NCBI GenBank assembly: GCA_022707425.1
Contig: JAKJAQ010000008.1
Location: forward strand, 2,498 to 66,497
Direction: 5' to 3'
Length of the DNA: 64,000 nucleotides
Source of the DNA: Candidatus Babelota bacterium
GTDB lineage: Bacteria; Babelota; Babeliae; Babelales; JACPOV01
Below, piece after piece: positions 54,578 to 64,000 of this stretch. The notes under the pieces are model-generated. The model saw only the letters and a list, made by a program, of their open reading frames with translations. It was not told the DNA's origin and ran no database searches. The position numbers and the translations under genes were made by a program. Position 1 is the first letter of the stretch, and every line of letters begins with the position of its first letter.

Positions 54578-55600
54578 CTATGCACCTTTAATTGGCGCTA
54601 CTGTTGGAGCTGGAGCAGGTTGCGCATCGGCCTGAACCTGTTTGTCGGTTTTTTCCATCATCTTGTTCATTTCTTCTTCTTTGAGTTTCTTTTTGCGCTC
54701 AAAATAAGACTTATTTTCAACAACTTTGAACTCGTTTTTCAAATTTTCGAGTTCTGCAGTGAACATTTCACCCATTTTTTGTTGTTGCAAGAACGCTTCA
54801 AGACGAGGTTTGATTTGATCATACGGAACATATTGTGGATCTTGTTTGCTTACCGCTTTCACCACCCATGTTTTTTCTTTGCCAGTGACGAATTCAACCG
54901 CAGGCATTTTTTTCAAAGTAATCAATTTATCACGCAATGGAGCATCAACATCAAAGCTCAATTCGTTCACTTCCTTGAGATCTTTGATCATTAATTTTGC
55001 ATCACGAGCTAATTGCACAAAATCGGCTTTTGGATCTTTTACTTTCGCAAAAAACGCTTGTGCTTCTTCCGGTTTATCAAAACCGATTGCCATGCCAGAA
55101 ATACCACCGCGCGCGGTCATCAATTCTGGGATGCTCTTTTTATTTTCTTCATAATATTTTTTAACTTCTGCATCGCTTATTTTTATCGGATGAGCTTCTT
55201 GGAAGTACTTTAACGCAAGTTGTCGTTTACCAAAATCCATGATCATTTGGAAATCTTTTTTATAGTTTTCTTGTTGATCAATATGATTTTTTGACATCCA
55301 AGCTTGAAGCAATTCTTCACTAGACATACTTCTAAAGAGTTCCATTTCAGCATCTGGCATCAAACCAATCAACTGTTTTAATTGTGGCTGAGCTTCAAGA
55401 ACCGTGTTCATATAATTTTCAAAACGGTCGACGGTAATTCGTGGTTGTCCATCAATAGTAAGCAATACTTCACCCGCACCAATTGATGCTGGAGATGTTT
55501 CATCTTTTCTTATTTCTTCTTTTTTGCCCCAATCGCACTGCGGTAGCAAAACAATTAACGAAACGACCAATGCCCCCTGGAGTGATTTGTTAAAACGCAT
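54578..55600 (-). CDS. SurA/PrsA-like periplasmic chaperone / parvulin-type PPIase homolog
   Basis: Start taken at MRFNKSLQGALVVSLIVLLPQC (ATG 55600). ISDAEVKKYYEENKKSIPELM and a C-terminal helical tail typical of the SurA/PpiD/PrsA family. Confidence 0.55.
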   Translation of the reverse strand: MRFNKSLQGALVVSLIVLLPQCDWGKKEEIRKDETSPASIGAGEVLLTIDGQPRITVDRFENYMNTVLEAQPQLKQLIGLMPDAEMELFRSMSSEELLQAWMSKNHIDQQENYKKDFQMIMDFGKRQLALKYFQEAHPIKISDAEVKKYYEENKKSIPELMTARGGISGMAIGFDKPEEAQAFFAKVKDPKADFVQLARDAKLMIKDLKEVNELSFDVDAPLRDKLITLKKMPAVEFVTGKEKTWVVKAVSKQDPQYVPYDQIKPRLEAFLQQQKMGEMFTAELENLKNEFKVVENKSYFERKKKLKEEEMNKMMEKTDKQVQADAQPAPAPTVAPIKGA

Positions 55601-55682
55601 CTTCACGAGACCCTTTCTTAAAAAAAACAACTATTTTACTTTACCGAGTATACTAACATAGAACATTCATCGTTGCAAAAAC

Positions 55683-56351
55683 TCATACTGTTCGCGCTGC
55701 AACCACTGCATTTATTTTTTGTGGATGACACGAATCAACTACATTTTTTGCAACCCACTTGAGCGTGGCACCAGTTGTCATCAAATCATCAACAATCAAA
55801 AACGATGCACCCCGATATTGTTCTTTGTCACCACAAAAAATAAACGCATCGCGCACATTTTTATCACGCATTTCAACTGAAACCGACGATTGTTGTTCTG
55901 TTGCTGTAACTCTTTTAACCAGTTTTACTACCGGTTTTCCCGATTGTTTACTGATAGTTTGAGCAATTATCTGCGCTTGATTATAACCTCTCCATGCATA
56001 ACGCCGCCAATGAAGTGGCACCGGAACAATGTAGTCAAATTCCAAAACCGAAACTGGTGTTCTTTGCCAAATTAGATCTCCCAATTGCCAACTAGCAACT
56101 CGCTGCGACCACCATTTTGATATGATCAACTGTTTAATTGGTTCTGCATAGGCTGCAGCGGCAAAAACCGGCATTTGATGTGCAGCACTAATGCTCAATG
56201 TTGTTGAAACAACGGGCCGCAACTGTTGTGCACAGGAATGACACCATAATTGTCGTTGTGACAAAAAGATGTTGCATAAGGCACAATGTGGTGGATCAAA
56301 CAACTGGGCAATCAATTGAGTTATCAAATGCACCATGCAATCAACACTCAC
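55683..56351 (-). CDS. comFC: ComF-family phosphoribosyltransferase-like protein
   Basis: N-terminal Cys pairs CALCNIF...CHSCAQQL. C-terminal PRTase motif FLIVDDLMTTGATL. Confidence 0.8.
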   Translation of the reverse strand: MSVDCMVHLITQLIAQLFDPPHCALCNIFLSQRQLWCHSCAQQLRPVVSTTLSISAAHQMPVFAAAAYAEPIKQLIISKWWSQRVASWQLGDLIWQRTPVSVLEFDYIVPVPLHWRRYAWRGYNQAQIIAQTISKQSGKPVVKLVKRVTATEQQSSVSVEMRDKNVRDAFIFCGDKEQYRGASFLIVDDLMTTGATLKWVAKNVVDSCHPQKINAVVAARTV

Positions 56352-56354
56352 TCA

Positions 56355-56807
56355 TTAAATAAACAAACGAATAATAAGATTTGCGCATACTCCCGCTGCA
56401 AGATCGTCAAGCAAAACGCCCCATGCACCCGGCAAGCGTTCAAAGTAGCCGATTATCCATGGTTTGAAAATATCAAGAATGCGAAAAACTAAAAAACCCA
56501 ATAACACAGAATGTAATGAAAGTGGAATTGCCCAAAACGTAACAAGACATCCAAGCACTTCGTCAATAACTACTTCATGCGGATCATTTCTCAAAAAATA
56601 AGGCAAGCTCGCACGCAGTAGTGCAAACCCACTTACAATGGCAATTCCTAAAAAAAGAGTATAATCAAGCTCAAGCCATGAAAGCGCAAAAATAACTGGC
56701 AATGTAATAATTGTTGCTACCGTACCAGAAGCCGGTACATAGCCAATTTTTGACAATGTTACCATGCGTTGTGCAATGCTGCTCATGAAATAATCCCACC
56801 TATTCAA
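56355..56807 (-). CDS. pgpA: phosphatidylglycerophosphatase A
   Basis: ASGTVATIITLP, DPHEVVIDEVLG, FRILDIFKPW, LLDDLAAGV. Confidence 0.85.
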   Translation of the reverse strand: MNRWDYFMSSIAQRMVTLSKIGYVPASGTVATIITLPVIFALSWLELDYTLFLGIAIVSGFALLRASLPYFLRNDPHEVVIDEVLGCLVTFWAIPLSLHSVLLGFLVFRILDIFKPWIIGYFERLPGAWGVLLDDLAAGVCANLIIRLFI

Positions 56808-57252
56808 ATGTTTGTAAAATCATAATTGACGCACCGAGTACAATTGCTGCATCAGCAATATTAAATACCGGAAACGACCATGAACCATAAGAAAATAAAA
56901 TAAAATCTAAAACACCACCAAATAAAATGCGATCAATAAGATTTGAAAATCCACCTGCTAAAATTAATGTTTCACCATAAATAGTCTGGCCAGTTGCAAA
57001 TCGTCGATACGCATGAACAATAAGAACACCACAAATCGTTATAATGAGTGCGGTAATAAACCAAAAGCCAGTTGTTGATGTTTCGTTAAACATTCCCCAC
57101 GAAATCCCGCGATTAATTGTTTTGGTCAACGAAAGAAATGAATTTAGTTCATAGGTTGAATCAAGGTGTGTTTCAATACACCATTTACTCAATCGGTCAC
57201 AAACAATAACCAACAAAGCAATCAAACTATAGTTGATGCATTTTTTATTCAT
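56800..57252 (-). CDS. lspA: lipoprotein signal peptidase (signal peptidase II)
   Basis: DRLSKW, NRGISWGMF, NLIDRILFGGVLDFI, FPVFNIADAAI. Confidence 0.9.
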   Translation of the reverse strand: MNKKCINYSLIALLVIVCDRLSKWCIETHLDSTYELNSFLSLTKTINRGISWGMFNETSTTGFWFITALIITICGVLIVHAYRRFATGQTIYGETLILAGGFSNLIDRILFGGVLDFILFSYGSWSFPVFNIADAAIVLGASIMILQTFE

Positions 57253-59564
57253 CGGATCTGTGCTCCCGCTTGTTTCAAACCAAGCACAACATGACCATAC
57301 ATGTGATCAATTTCTTCGTGAGATAATGTTTTTTCAGAATCACGCGCATAGAAACGCATTGTAACAGATCGCTCTGCCTTCCATTCTTCTTTTTTGAAGA
57401 AATCGATCAGATCAACTTTGAAAATGCGTCCATCGGCATGCATGATAATTTTTTTCAATGTGTCGACAGTCACTTCGAGCGGAACCATCATGCTCACATC
57501 AAACCAGGTGAACGGATATTTTGCCAACGGTGCAAATTTTTCAACATGTTGACCTGAAAGCATTAACAATTTTTCAACATCAAGCTCAAAAATAAACGCA
57601 TCTCCTTGCGCAACGTTTGCTAAAAATGCAGGATCGATCATACCTGTATAGCCAATTGTTTGATCATTGTGTTTCAACAATGCCGTTTGAAAACGATGCA
57701 TCCATGGATATGAATTTTTTTCAGCTTTTGTCCAGGTAATTGTGCATTGATACAGTGCAAAGAGCTGATCGAGTTCATCTTTTAATTCATAAAAATTAAT
57801 TGAATTTTTTTGTGAATACGCAATTCCTGCAACAATTTTTTTTTCAGTAAACGTTTCACCTTTTTTATGCCAAACACGATTGCATTCAAAAAAACGTAAC
57901 GAAGATTCTGTTTTGTTTTGTTCAATATTTTTTAGCAAATGTGGAATGAGTGATGTCACCATCATTTGCCAATTTTCTGAAACCGGATTTTGAATCGTCA
58001 GTGCATCAGTTGGTTGCCAATTAAGTTTTCGTAAAAAATCTTGATCGTAAATTGCATAATTGGTAACTTCATGCGCACGAAATGCATAGGCACAATAATT
58101 TTTTAATTCACGCTCAAAAAACAGTTCGTTCATCGGCGTTGGAGAAAGTGTAAGCGCTGGCATATTCAAAGGAATGTGTTGATAACCAAAAAAGCGTCCA
58201 ATTTCTTCGACAATATCTTCTTTGATGAGCAACTCTTTTGATGAACGAAATGAAGGAACGGCAATATGATAATTTGTTCCTTTTTTGGTTAGACCAAATC
58301 CTAATTTTTTGAGCGTTTTTTTAACCATGTCAGATTTAATTGCAACACCTAATCGCTTCTCGATAAAATCGTGCGCTACTATTAATGTTTCTGGCTTCGG
58401 TTCGTGACCAAGCACTAGTAATGATCCATTAAGTTTGAACGAAATTTTATTTTCTTTGAGCAATGCTAAAAAGCGCTGCAGCGCTACAAGAGTAGTGGCA
58501 CCATCCAAGCTTTTTTCAAAACGGGTTGATGCCTCGGTCCTTTTTTTTACGCGCAACGCCGCTTTACGCACTGTACCTGCATCAAAACATCCTGCTTCAA
58601 TAAATAAAGAATGTGTTTGCTTTGATACACCAGTTGAACTTCCACCCATCACGCCCGCAAGTGCAAGCGCTTTTTTGCCATCGCTAATAATTAAATCATC
58701 GCTCGTAAGCGTTACCACCTGTTTATCAAGCAGTTCAAGTGTTTGGCCATCATGCGCCATCATTGGTTCAATGGTATGAGTTTCAATTTTTTGCGCATCA
58801 AATGCATGCATTGGTTGACCAATATCAAACATCACATAATTAGTTGCATCAACAAGCGCATCAATTGGTTTACTATCAATACGCGCTAACCGATGCGCAA
58901 TTGAAATAACTGAAGGTGTGTAATCAACATCAGTCAGCAATCCACCAGCAAATCGTTTACATTTTTCGGGTGCTTTAATGTTAACTGAGAAATTTCTCTC
59001 ATGAGTTGCAGGTGCAAAAAATTCATGTTTTTCTACGTGAAAATGGTCAGCTAATTTTTGTTTTTTTAATTTAATGTCAAACATTGCACCAATTTCACGT
59101 GCAATGCCGCGATGGTTCCATAAATCTGGTCTATGCGTAATCGATTTATTCTCAAGTGTTAAGATGTAATCTTCGGCTTCGAACTTATTTTTCCAATCAC
59201 CAGCAAGTTCTTTTTTCGTTGCACGCACTGGTGCAATTAAGCCTTCTTTTGCTGCATGCCAATCACCAAGAGCTGCCCACCGATAATCATTTTCATGCAC
59301 AAAGAGAAAAAAAATAGAACCGACTACAGCATCAGATCTTGCTGGCAAACTAAATTCTTTATTAAGTTCAGGACAAAAAACAGTGACTTTGTCAGTTATT
59401 TTGGTAACCGAGCCAAGGGTAAAATTCTGTACATTGGTGACACAATGCTCAAACGATTCAATTTCAGCTGTGGTCAGGTTAAACCGTTCCACAATCTGTG
59501 TAACATCGTAATCTGACCAAGAACCAGCCAAATGATCAAAAATCCAGGAAAGAGAAAGCTTCAT
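57249..59564 (-). CDS. pheT: phenylalanine--tRNA ligase beta subunit
   Basis: Start taken at MKLSLSWIFDHL (ATG 59564), the typical PheT N-terminus. RPDLWNHRGIAREIG, B3/4 domain GVMGGSSTGV. C-terminal ferredoxin-fold anticodon-binding-type domain. Confidence 0.9.
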   Translation of the reverse strand: MKLSLSWIFDHLAGSWSDYDVTQIVERFNLTTAEIESFEHCVTNVQNFTLGSVTKITDKVTVFCPELNKEFSLPARSDAVVGSIFFLFVHENDYRWAALGDWHAAKEGLIAPVRATKKELAGDWKNKFEAEDYILTLENKSITHRPDLWNHRGIAREIGAMFDIKLKKQKLADHFHVEKHEFFAPATHERNFSVNIKAPEKCKRFAGGLLTDVDYTPSVISIAHRLARIDSKPIDALVDATNYVMFDIGQPMHAFDAQKIETHTIEPMMAHDGQTLELLDKQVVTLTSDDLIISDGKKALALAGVMGGSSTGVSKQTHSLFIEAGCFDAGTVRKAALRVKKRTEASTRFEKSLDGATTLVALQRFLALLKENKISFKLNGSLLVLGHEPKPETLIVAHDFIEKRLGVAIKSDMVKKTLKKLGFGLTKKGTNYHIAVPSFRSSKELLIKEDIVEEIGRFFGYQHIPLNMPALTLSPTPMNELFFERELKNYCAYAFRAHEVTNYAIYDQDFLRKLNWQPTDALTIQNPVSENWQMMVTSLIPHLLKNIEQNKTESSLRFFECNRVWHKKGETFTEKKIVAGIAYSQKNSINFYELKDELDQLFALYQCTITWTKAEKNSYPWMHRFQTALLKHNDQTIGYTGMIDPAFLANVAQGDAFIFELDVEKLLMLSGQHVEKFAPLAKYPFTWFDVSMMVPLEVTVDTLKKIIMHADGRIFKVDLIDFFKKEEWKAERSVTMRFYARDSEKTLSHEEIDHMYGHVVLGLKQAGAQIR

Positions 59565-59671
59565 AAAATATGCAACCTTATTGAAAAAAGCCTTGATTCT
59601 TTCAGGATACGGCAAAACGGAAAAATGATCAATTTTGCTATCTGATTCCGTTGATAATCGATTTAATTAAA

Positions 59672-60529
59672 TTAAAGTTGTTTATAACCAAGACCGAGCA
59701 ATCCCGCGCCGACACCCATGAAAACAAACGCTGCTTTATCTGTTGCATTAAATCTCTTCAACTTAACTGGAACAGGTTTATTGATCTTGCTTATTTCATT
59801 CAGCTGATCTTCATAATATTTTGGTGTTTTTTCAATATACGTCGCGCCGTTATTACCGGTGAATATTTCATATTTGATTTGAAAATGACTTACATATTTG
59901 TAATGTTCGAAAGTTTTACGCCATTCATCTTCAGTATCTATGTTAAATTTCGTAGGCACCTCAATTAATGATTGTCGAAATGCAAGGTTCGGCAATTTAT
60001 CATAATCGCTCCAAGCGACATACATTCTTCTTTTTGTCTTAAAATGTGGGTTTTTTTTCATTGTGGCTTTTTCATCAAATTTAGTTAATGCTAAAAATTG
60101 ATATTTTTCTTCTTTCAAATTAGGCGTGGTGCGCGAGCTGCCATCAACAACGGTCGTTAGATCGAATTGATCAGCAATTTCGCTAAACTTAGTCTTTCCT
60201 TCTTCAGTGTTCGAAGGGAAATAGCCGCGGTTGTCATTATTTATTTTTTTGATGTGCTCTTCCAGATCCGAATAGTTTTTCTCAAATTTCTGTTGAATTT
60301 CAGCTTTCTGCTTATTGTATTGATCAGTTTGCAGAACAGCTTCAGCTTTTTGTCTATTATATTCAGCATTTTTCTTAATTAATTTATAGCCACAAAAAAG
60401 TGTTCCTACGCTATATACCCCACAGCCTACCGTAAACCATGTTTTAGGGCTGAACGATGGCAACTCCCATGCGTGGAGAGGTTGCGCTAACGCAAAAAGG
60501 ACGAGTAAAGAATTAAATCTAACAGTCAT
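59672..60529 (-). CDS. hypothetical membrane protein (N-terminal signal/TM and C-terminal TM)
   Basis: SLLVLFALAQPLHA, TM WFTVGCGVYSVGTLFCGY, C-terminal TM AAFVFMGVGAGLLGLGY. No family recognised. Confidence 0.5.
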   Translation of the reverse strand: MTVRFNSLLVLFALAQPLHAWELPSFSPKTWFTVGCGVYSVGTLFCGYKLIKKNAEYNRQKAEAVLQTDQYNKQKAEIQQKFEKNYSDLEEHIKKINNDNRGYFPSNTEEGKTKFSEIADQFDLTTVVDGSSRTTPNLKEEKYQFLALTKFDEKATMKKNPHFKTKRRMYVAWSDYDKLPNLAFRQSLIEVPTKFNIDTEDEWRKTFEHYKYVSHFQIKYEIFTGNNGATYIEKTPKYYEDQLNEISKINKPVPVKLKRFNATDKAAFVFMGVGAGLLGLGYKQL

Positions 60530-60735
60530 CGATCGTTCTTTCTATTTGTACTTATTAAGGGTTTATACCAATTAATATTAGATTATTTTTAATATTTCGC
60601 AATCTACCAATTTTGTTATGCAATCAAGTGATGATAAGGTTTTGAACTCCTGTTTTTATGTTAAACAAGTAGATAATTGACGCATTTGCTATATACTTAC
60701 TCAAGAAATCAACTAAATTCTCATTTAAAGACTGT

Positions 60736-61710
60736 ATGAGTTATTACCCAGCAATTGTTTTATCAGTACAGAATTTAACCAAAACGTTCTCGACTGGCTC
60801 ATTTTTTTCCGCTTCGAAATCAACCGCGATCGCTGTAAACAAGGTCTCATTTGATCTTGCGCAGGGTGAAATGGTGGGTATTCTTGGGCCAAACGGTGCC
60901 GGAAAAACAACTACATTGCATATGCTTGTGGGCGTTTTAAAACCTACTTCTGGCTCTATTTTCTATTTTGGCAAAGACTTTTCAATTGCCCGTTCTGAAT
61001 TATTGCAATCGATTGGGTTTGCAAGCGGCTCGCTTCAACTTCCAACTACCCTTTCGGTCGCACAAAATTTGGATATTTATGCACGTTTGTGCGGACTGAA
61101 CAAACAAGAACGAACCAACCGCATTGAAGAACTACTCACCACTTTTGGTATGTGGTCGCTACGCAACAGTGCAACTGGTCACCTGGCATTCGGTCAACTC
61201 AACCGAGTCATTTTAGCTAAAGCATTTTTAGCTCAGCCGCAAATTGTATTTCTTGATGAAGCTACAGCAGCACTTGATCCTGACATTGCACACACGGTGC
61301 GCCTTTTTTTAACAAAAGAACAAACTCAAAACGGTACTACTATTTTATTCTCATCACACAATATGGTTGAAGTAGCACACATGTGCAGCCGCGTTTTGGT
61401 AATGAAAGAAGGTGCAATTATAGCTGACAGCGCACCTGAAAAGCTTACTCATCAAATTGCAAAAGTCCGTGTTCAACTTACTGTTTTAGAAAGCAGTGCC
61501 CAGATTTCACATTTTTTAAAAAAACATTCTTTTTTGTACACGGCCCAAGGCAACGTTGTCACCATAGAAATCGATGAACAGGCAGTTGCATATCTTCTTA
61601 ATCATTTGGCACGAGAATCGATCATGTATTCACACATCTCAATTGACAAACCAACACTTGAAGATTACTTTCTAAAAATTTCATACGCACCAACACAATT
61701 GACCACCTAA
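60736..61710 (+). CDS. ABC transporter ATP-binding protein (ABC-2/DrrA-like)
   Basis: Walker A GPNGAGKTT, Q-loop, Walker B IVFLDEATAALD, H-loop SSHNM. The signature motif is degenerate (LAFGQLNRV instead of LSGGQ). Confidence 0.85.
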   Translation: MSYYPAIVLSVQNLTKTFSTGSFFSASKSTAIAVNKVSFDLAQGEMVGILGPNGAGKTTTLHMLVGVLKPTSGSIFYFGKDFSIARSELLQSIGFASGSLQLPTTLSVAQNLDIYARLCGLNKQERTNRIEELLTTFGMWSLRNSATGHLAFGQLNRVILAKAFLAQPQIVFLDEATAALDPDIAHTVRLFLTKEQTQNGTTILFSSHNMVEVAHMCSRVLVMKEGAIIADSAPEKLTHQIAKVRVQLTVLESSAQISHFLKKHSFLYTAQGNVVTIEIDEQAVAYLLNHLARESIMYSHISIDKPTLEDYFLKISYAPTQLTT

Positions 61711-61719
61711 AGGAATTTC

Positions 61720-62505
61720 ATGAAGTGGCATCGCATTTATGCCCTTGTCATTCGTTATGTATTGAGCTGGATAGGAAACATTCACAATTTTGTGGATGAT
61801 ATTATGTGGCCGATACTGGATATTATTCTCTGGGGCATGACCGGCATGTGGATGCAAGAAAACCAAGAAGGTATTTCAACATCGATTTTAACCCTGCTTG
61901 GTTGTTTGGTTTTTTGGTATGTAGTGCAGCGAGCAAACGATGCAGTTTCGATGACTGTACTTGAAGAACTGTGGGAGCGAAACTTAATCAATATTTTTTC
62001 TACTCCCCTTACCATTTTTGAGTGGATGACCTCACTCGTAATTTTAAGTTTTTTTAGAATTTTTTATACACTTCTCATCTGCGTTTTTACGGTGTGGATA
62101 CTCTATGCGTGCAATGTACTGACAACCGGGTGGTTGTTGCTCCCTTTTTTTTTCTCATTGTTGCTTTCAGGTCTTTTTATTGGATTTTTTACGACCGCAT
62201 TTATTCTTTACTGGGGCAGAAAAGCTCTCTTTTTTTCATGGACGTTAAGTTGGGTATTTTCACCATTTAGCTCGGTCTATTATCCGCTTAATACCCTTCC
62301 AAAATGGGGTCAATATATCGGTAAACTCATGCCAATGACCTATGCATTTGAAGGATTACGTACCGTAATGATCAAACAAGAAATGCCATTGGGTCTGTTG
62401 ACCACCAGTTTGGTACTCAATGTTTTTTATGTTATTTTATCAATAGGTTTTTTTGTTTTTATGTTTGAACAATCCCGCATTAAGGGGTTTACAAGTTTAC
62501 AGTAA
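61720..62505 (+). CDS. ABC-2 type transporter permease
   Basis: 261 aa with about 6 TM helices, directly downstream of the ATPase. Typical ABC-2 size and topology. Confidence 0.75.
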   Translation: MKWHRIYALVIRYVLSWIGNIHNFVDDIMWPILDIILWGMTGMWMQENQEGISTSILTLLGCLVFWYVVQRANDAVSMTVLEELWERNLINIFSTPLTIFEWMTSLVILSFFRIFYTLLICVFTVWILYACNVLTTGWLLLPFFFSLLLSGLFIGFFTTAFILYWGRKALFFSWTLSWVFSPFSSVYYPLNTLPKWGQYIGKLMPMTYAFEGLRTVMIKQEMPLGLLTTSLVLNVFYVILSIGFFVFMFEQSRIKGFTSLQ

Positions 62506-62573
62506 ACAATCGCCGTTGCATCCAACTCGTGCTACAATAGAACAGGTATCAGCTTTTTTTTGGGAAGAACACT

Positions 62574-63479
62574 ATGGGAAAAATTACTATTTACTATAAA
62601 TATGTTGAGATTGAAAATCCTCAGCAAATATGCACCTGGCAAAAAAAACTGTGCAAACAGCTCAATTTAAAAGGCAGAATTTTAATTGCACATGAAGGAA
62701 TCAATGGCACGGTGGGTGGATTGGATCACAATATTGAAAAATATAAAGAGCTCATGCTCGCACACCCTCTTTTTGCAGGAATTGATTTCAAAGACAGTGA
62801 AGGCGATGTTGACCATTTTCCGCGGTTGCGCGTTGTTGTTCGACCTGAAATTGTCAATTTAGGACTCGACACACAAAAAATCAATGCGCGCAATGGCGGT
62901 ATTCACCTCACTCCTGAACAAGCACACGAATTTTTAAAAAATAAAAGTGACGATACCGTTATTCTTGATACACGAAATAAATTTGAGTGGAAAATCGGTC
63001 AATTTAAAGATGCACTCAATGCACCAATTGACTATTTTCGAGAATTGCCGGCTTTTATTGACGAGAATTTAGACACATTTAAAGATAAAAAAGTGTTGAT
63101 GGCATGCACAGCTGGTGCTCGCTGTGAACGTGCTTCTGCCTATTTAAAATCAAAAAATGTAGCTGCTGAAGTTTACCAAATTCAAGGTGGCATTCATCGC
63201 TATGTTGAACAATTTCCAGATGGTTTTTTCCGCGGCAAAAATTATGTTTTCGACGGCAGAATTACCGTAAAAGTAAACGAAGATATTGTCGGTCGCTGCG
63301 ATGTGTGCAACGCACCGTATGATGAACCAACCAATTGCATTAACGCAGAATGCAACAAACAGTTTCTTGCGTGTCTAGCATGCTTGGAAAAACGACACAA
63401 CACGTGCAGTGAAACCTGCAGTGAATTAGTACGGTTGAAAAAAGTTAATATTCGCAAAATTCCTGCAAAAAAACAATGA
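62574..63479 (+). CDS. trhO: rhodanese-domain tRNA uridine(34) hydroxylase (UPF0176/YceA family)
   Basis: LKGRILIAHEGINGTVGG N-domain. Rhodanese active-site loop CTAGARCERASAYL. C-terminal Cys-rich tail. Confidence 0.85.
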   Translation: MGKITIYYKYVEIENPQQICTWQKKLCKQLNLKGRILIAHEGINGTVGGLDHNIEKYKELMLAHPLFAGIDFKDSEGDVDHFPRLRVVVRPEIVNLGLDTQKINARNGGIHLTPEQAHEFLKNKSDDTVILDTRNKFEWKIGQFKDALNAPIDYFRELPAFIDENLDTFKDKKVLMACTAGARCERASAYLKSKNVAAEVYQIQGGIHRYVEQFPDGFFRGKNYVFDGRITVKVNEDIVGRCDVCNAPYDEPTNCINAECNKQFLACLACLEKRHNTCSETCSELVRLKKVNIRKIPAKKQ

Positions 63480-64000
63480 ACATAAATCTCATTGAAAATA
63501 ACATTTCACTTGCCGATAAAAATTGGTTCAAAACGGGCGGATCTGCCCGTTATTTTGCACAACCACGCACGCAACAAGAATTTCAACAGGCGCTGCAATT
63601 TACGCACGAACACAATGTGGCAATTTTCGTTTTAGGAAGCGGTGCAAATATTTTGATAAGTGATGAAGGTTTTGATGGCTTGGTAATTCGCCCTGCACTC
63701 AACGAACTTTCGTACACAATTATTGACGAAAACAATGCATTCGTTACTGCAGGCGCTGGCGTTACCATGGATCAATTGATTGAATATTGTTTAAGTCATC
63801 AACTTGGTGGGCTTGAAGAATTTAGCGGCATTCCAGGAACCGTTGGCGGTTCTGTGTACATTAATTTGCACTATTTTCAATTTCTGCTCAGTCAATTTTT
63901 AGTTACTGCAACCGTGATCGATAGCGCAAACAATTCTGTGCACACGGTAGATAATGCATGGTTCAATTTTGGATACGATTATTCCACGTTGCATGCAGAA
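63476..64000 (+). CDS. murB: UDP-N-acetylenolpyruvoylglucosamine reductase, partial (runs off window end)
   Basis: ATGA overlap with trhO. Own translation: MNINLIENNISLADKNWFKTGGSARYFAQP...VAIFVLGSGANILISDEGFDGLVIRP, the MurB FAD-binding N-domain pattern. Confidence 0.85.
   Translation, partial: MNINLIENNISLADKNWFKTGGSARYFAQPRTQQEFQQALQFTHEHNVAIFVLGSGANILISDEGFDGLVIRPALNELSYTIIDENNAFVTAGAGVTMDQLIEYCLSHQLGGLEEFSGIPGTVGGSVYINLHYFQFLLSQFLVTATVIDSANNSVHTVDNAWFNFGYDYSTLHAE

Noticed and set aside
1-64000. Scan for CRISPR arrays, long tandem repeats, transposases, restriction-modification or toxin-antitoxin pairs
   Set aside because: No regularly spaced direct repeats or non-coding stretch longer than about 370 bp was seen. 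No ORF shows DDE/HUH transposase, integrase, methyltransferase-endonuclease or typical TA signatures.

Overview
AT-rich, very gene-dense bacterial chromosome segment. I count roughly 70 supportable CDS, one tRNA-Ser(CGA) and the RNase P RNA. I saw no rRNA, CRISPR array, transposase, integrase or prophage genes. Recognisable housekeeping genes are spread through the window: rpsU, rbfA, folC, tmk, holB, murG, murB, glmU, uppS, gpsA, mreB, a class A PBP, rsmA, pheT, lspA, pgpA and trhO. They are interleaved with many lineage-specific proteins that carry signal peptides or membrane anchors. The envelope looks diderm: four beta-barrel-like proteins end in Phe, there are SurA-like chaperones, LspA, and a type IV pilin with a prepilin peptidase. 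Tight packing, many overlapping gene ends and the abundance of orphan exported proteins fit a small-genome, host-associated bacterium, perhaps Dependentiae/TM6-like. That placement is inference only and I cannot confirm it without a database search. Most notable observations: (1) a single ORF encodes four fused F-type ATP synthase c-subunit hairpins with E/Q/E/D at the ion-binding position. It sits in an AtpI-like + a + c cluster with no b or F1 genes alongside. (2) Three tandem paralogs of an orphan exported helical protein. (3) A Met recurs immediately after the predicted signal-peptide hydrophobic core in about ten unrelated exported proteins. (4) An archease-RtcB-ThpR RNA repair operon. 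(5) A 20-Cys four-helix-bundle-type protein is clustered with an OMP and a TVP38 membrane protein, with other Met/His/Cys-rich envelope proteins nearby. (6) A large orphan exported protein is paired divergently with an exported HExxH protein.
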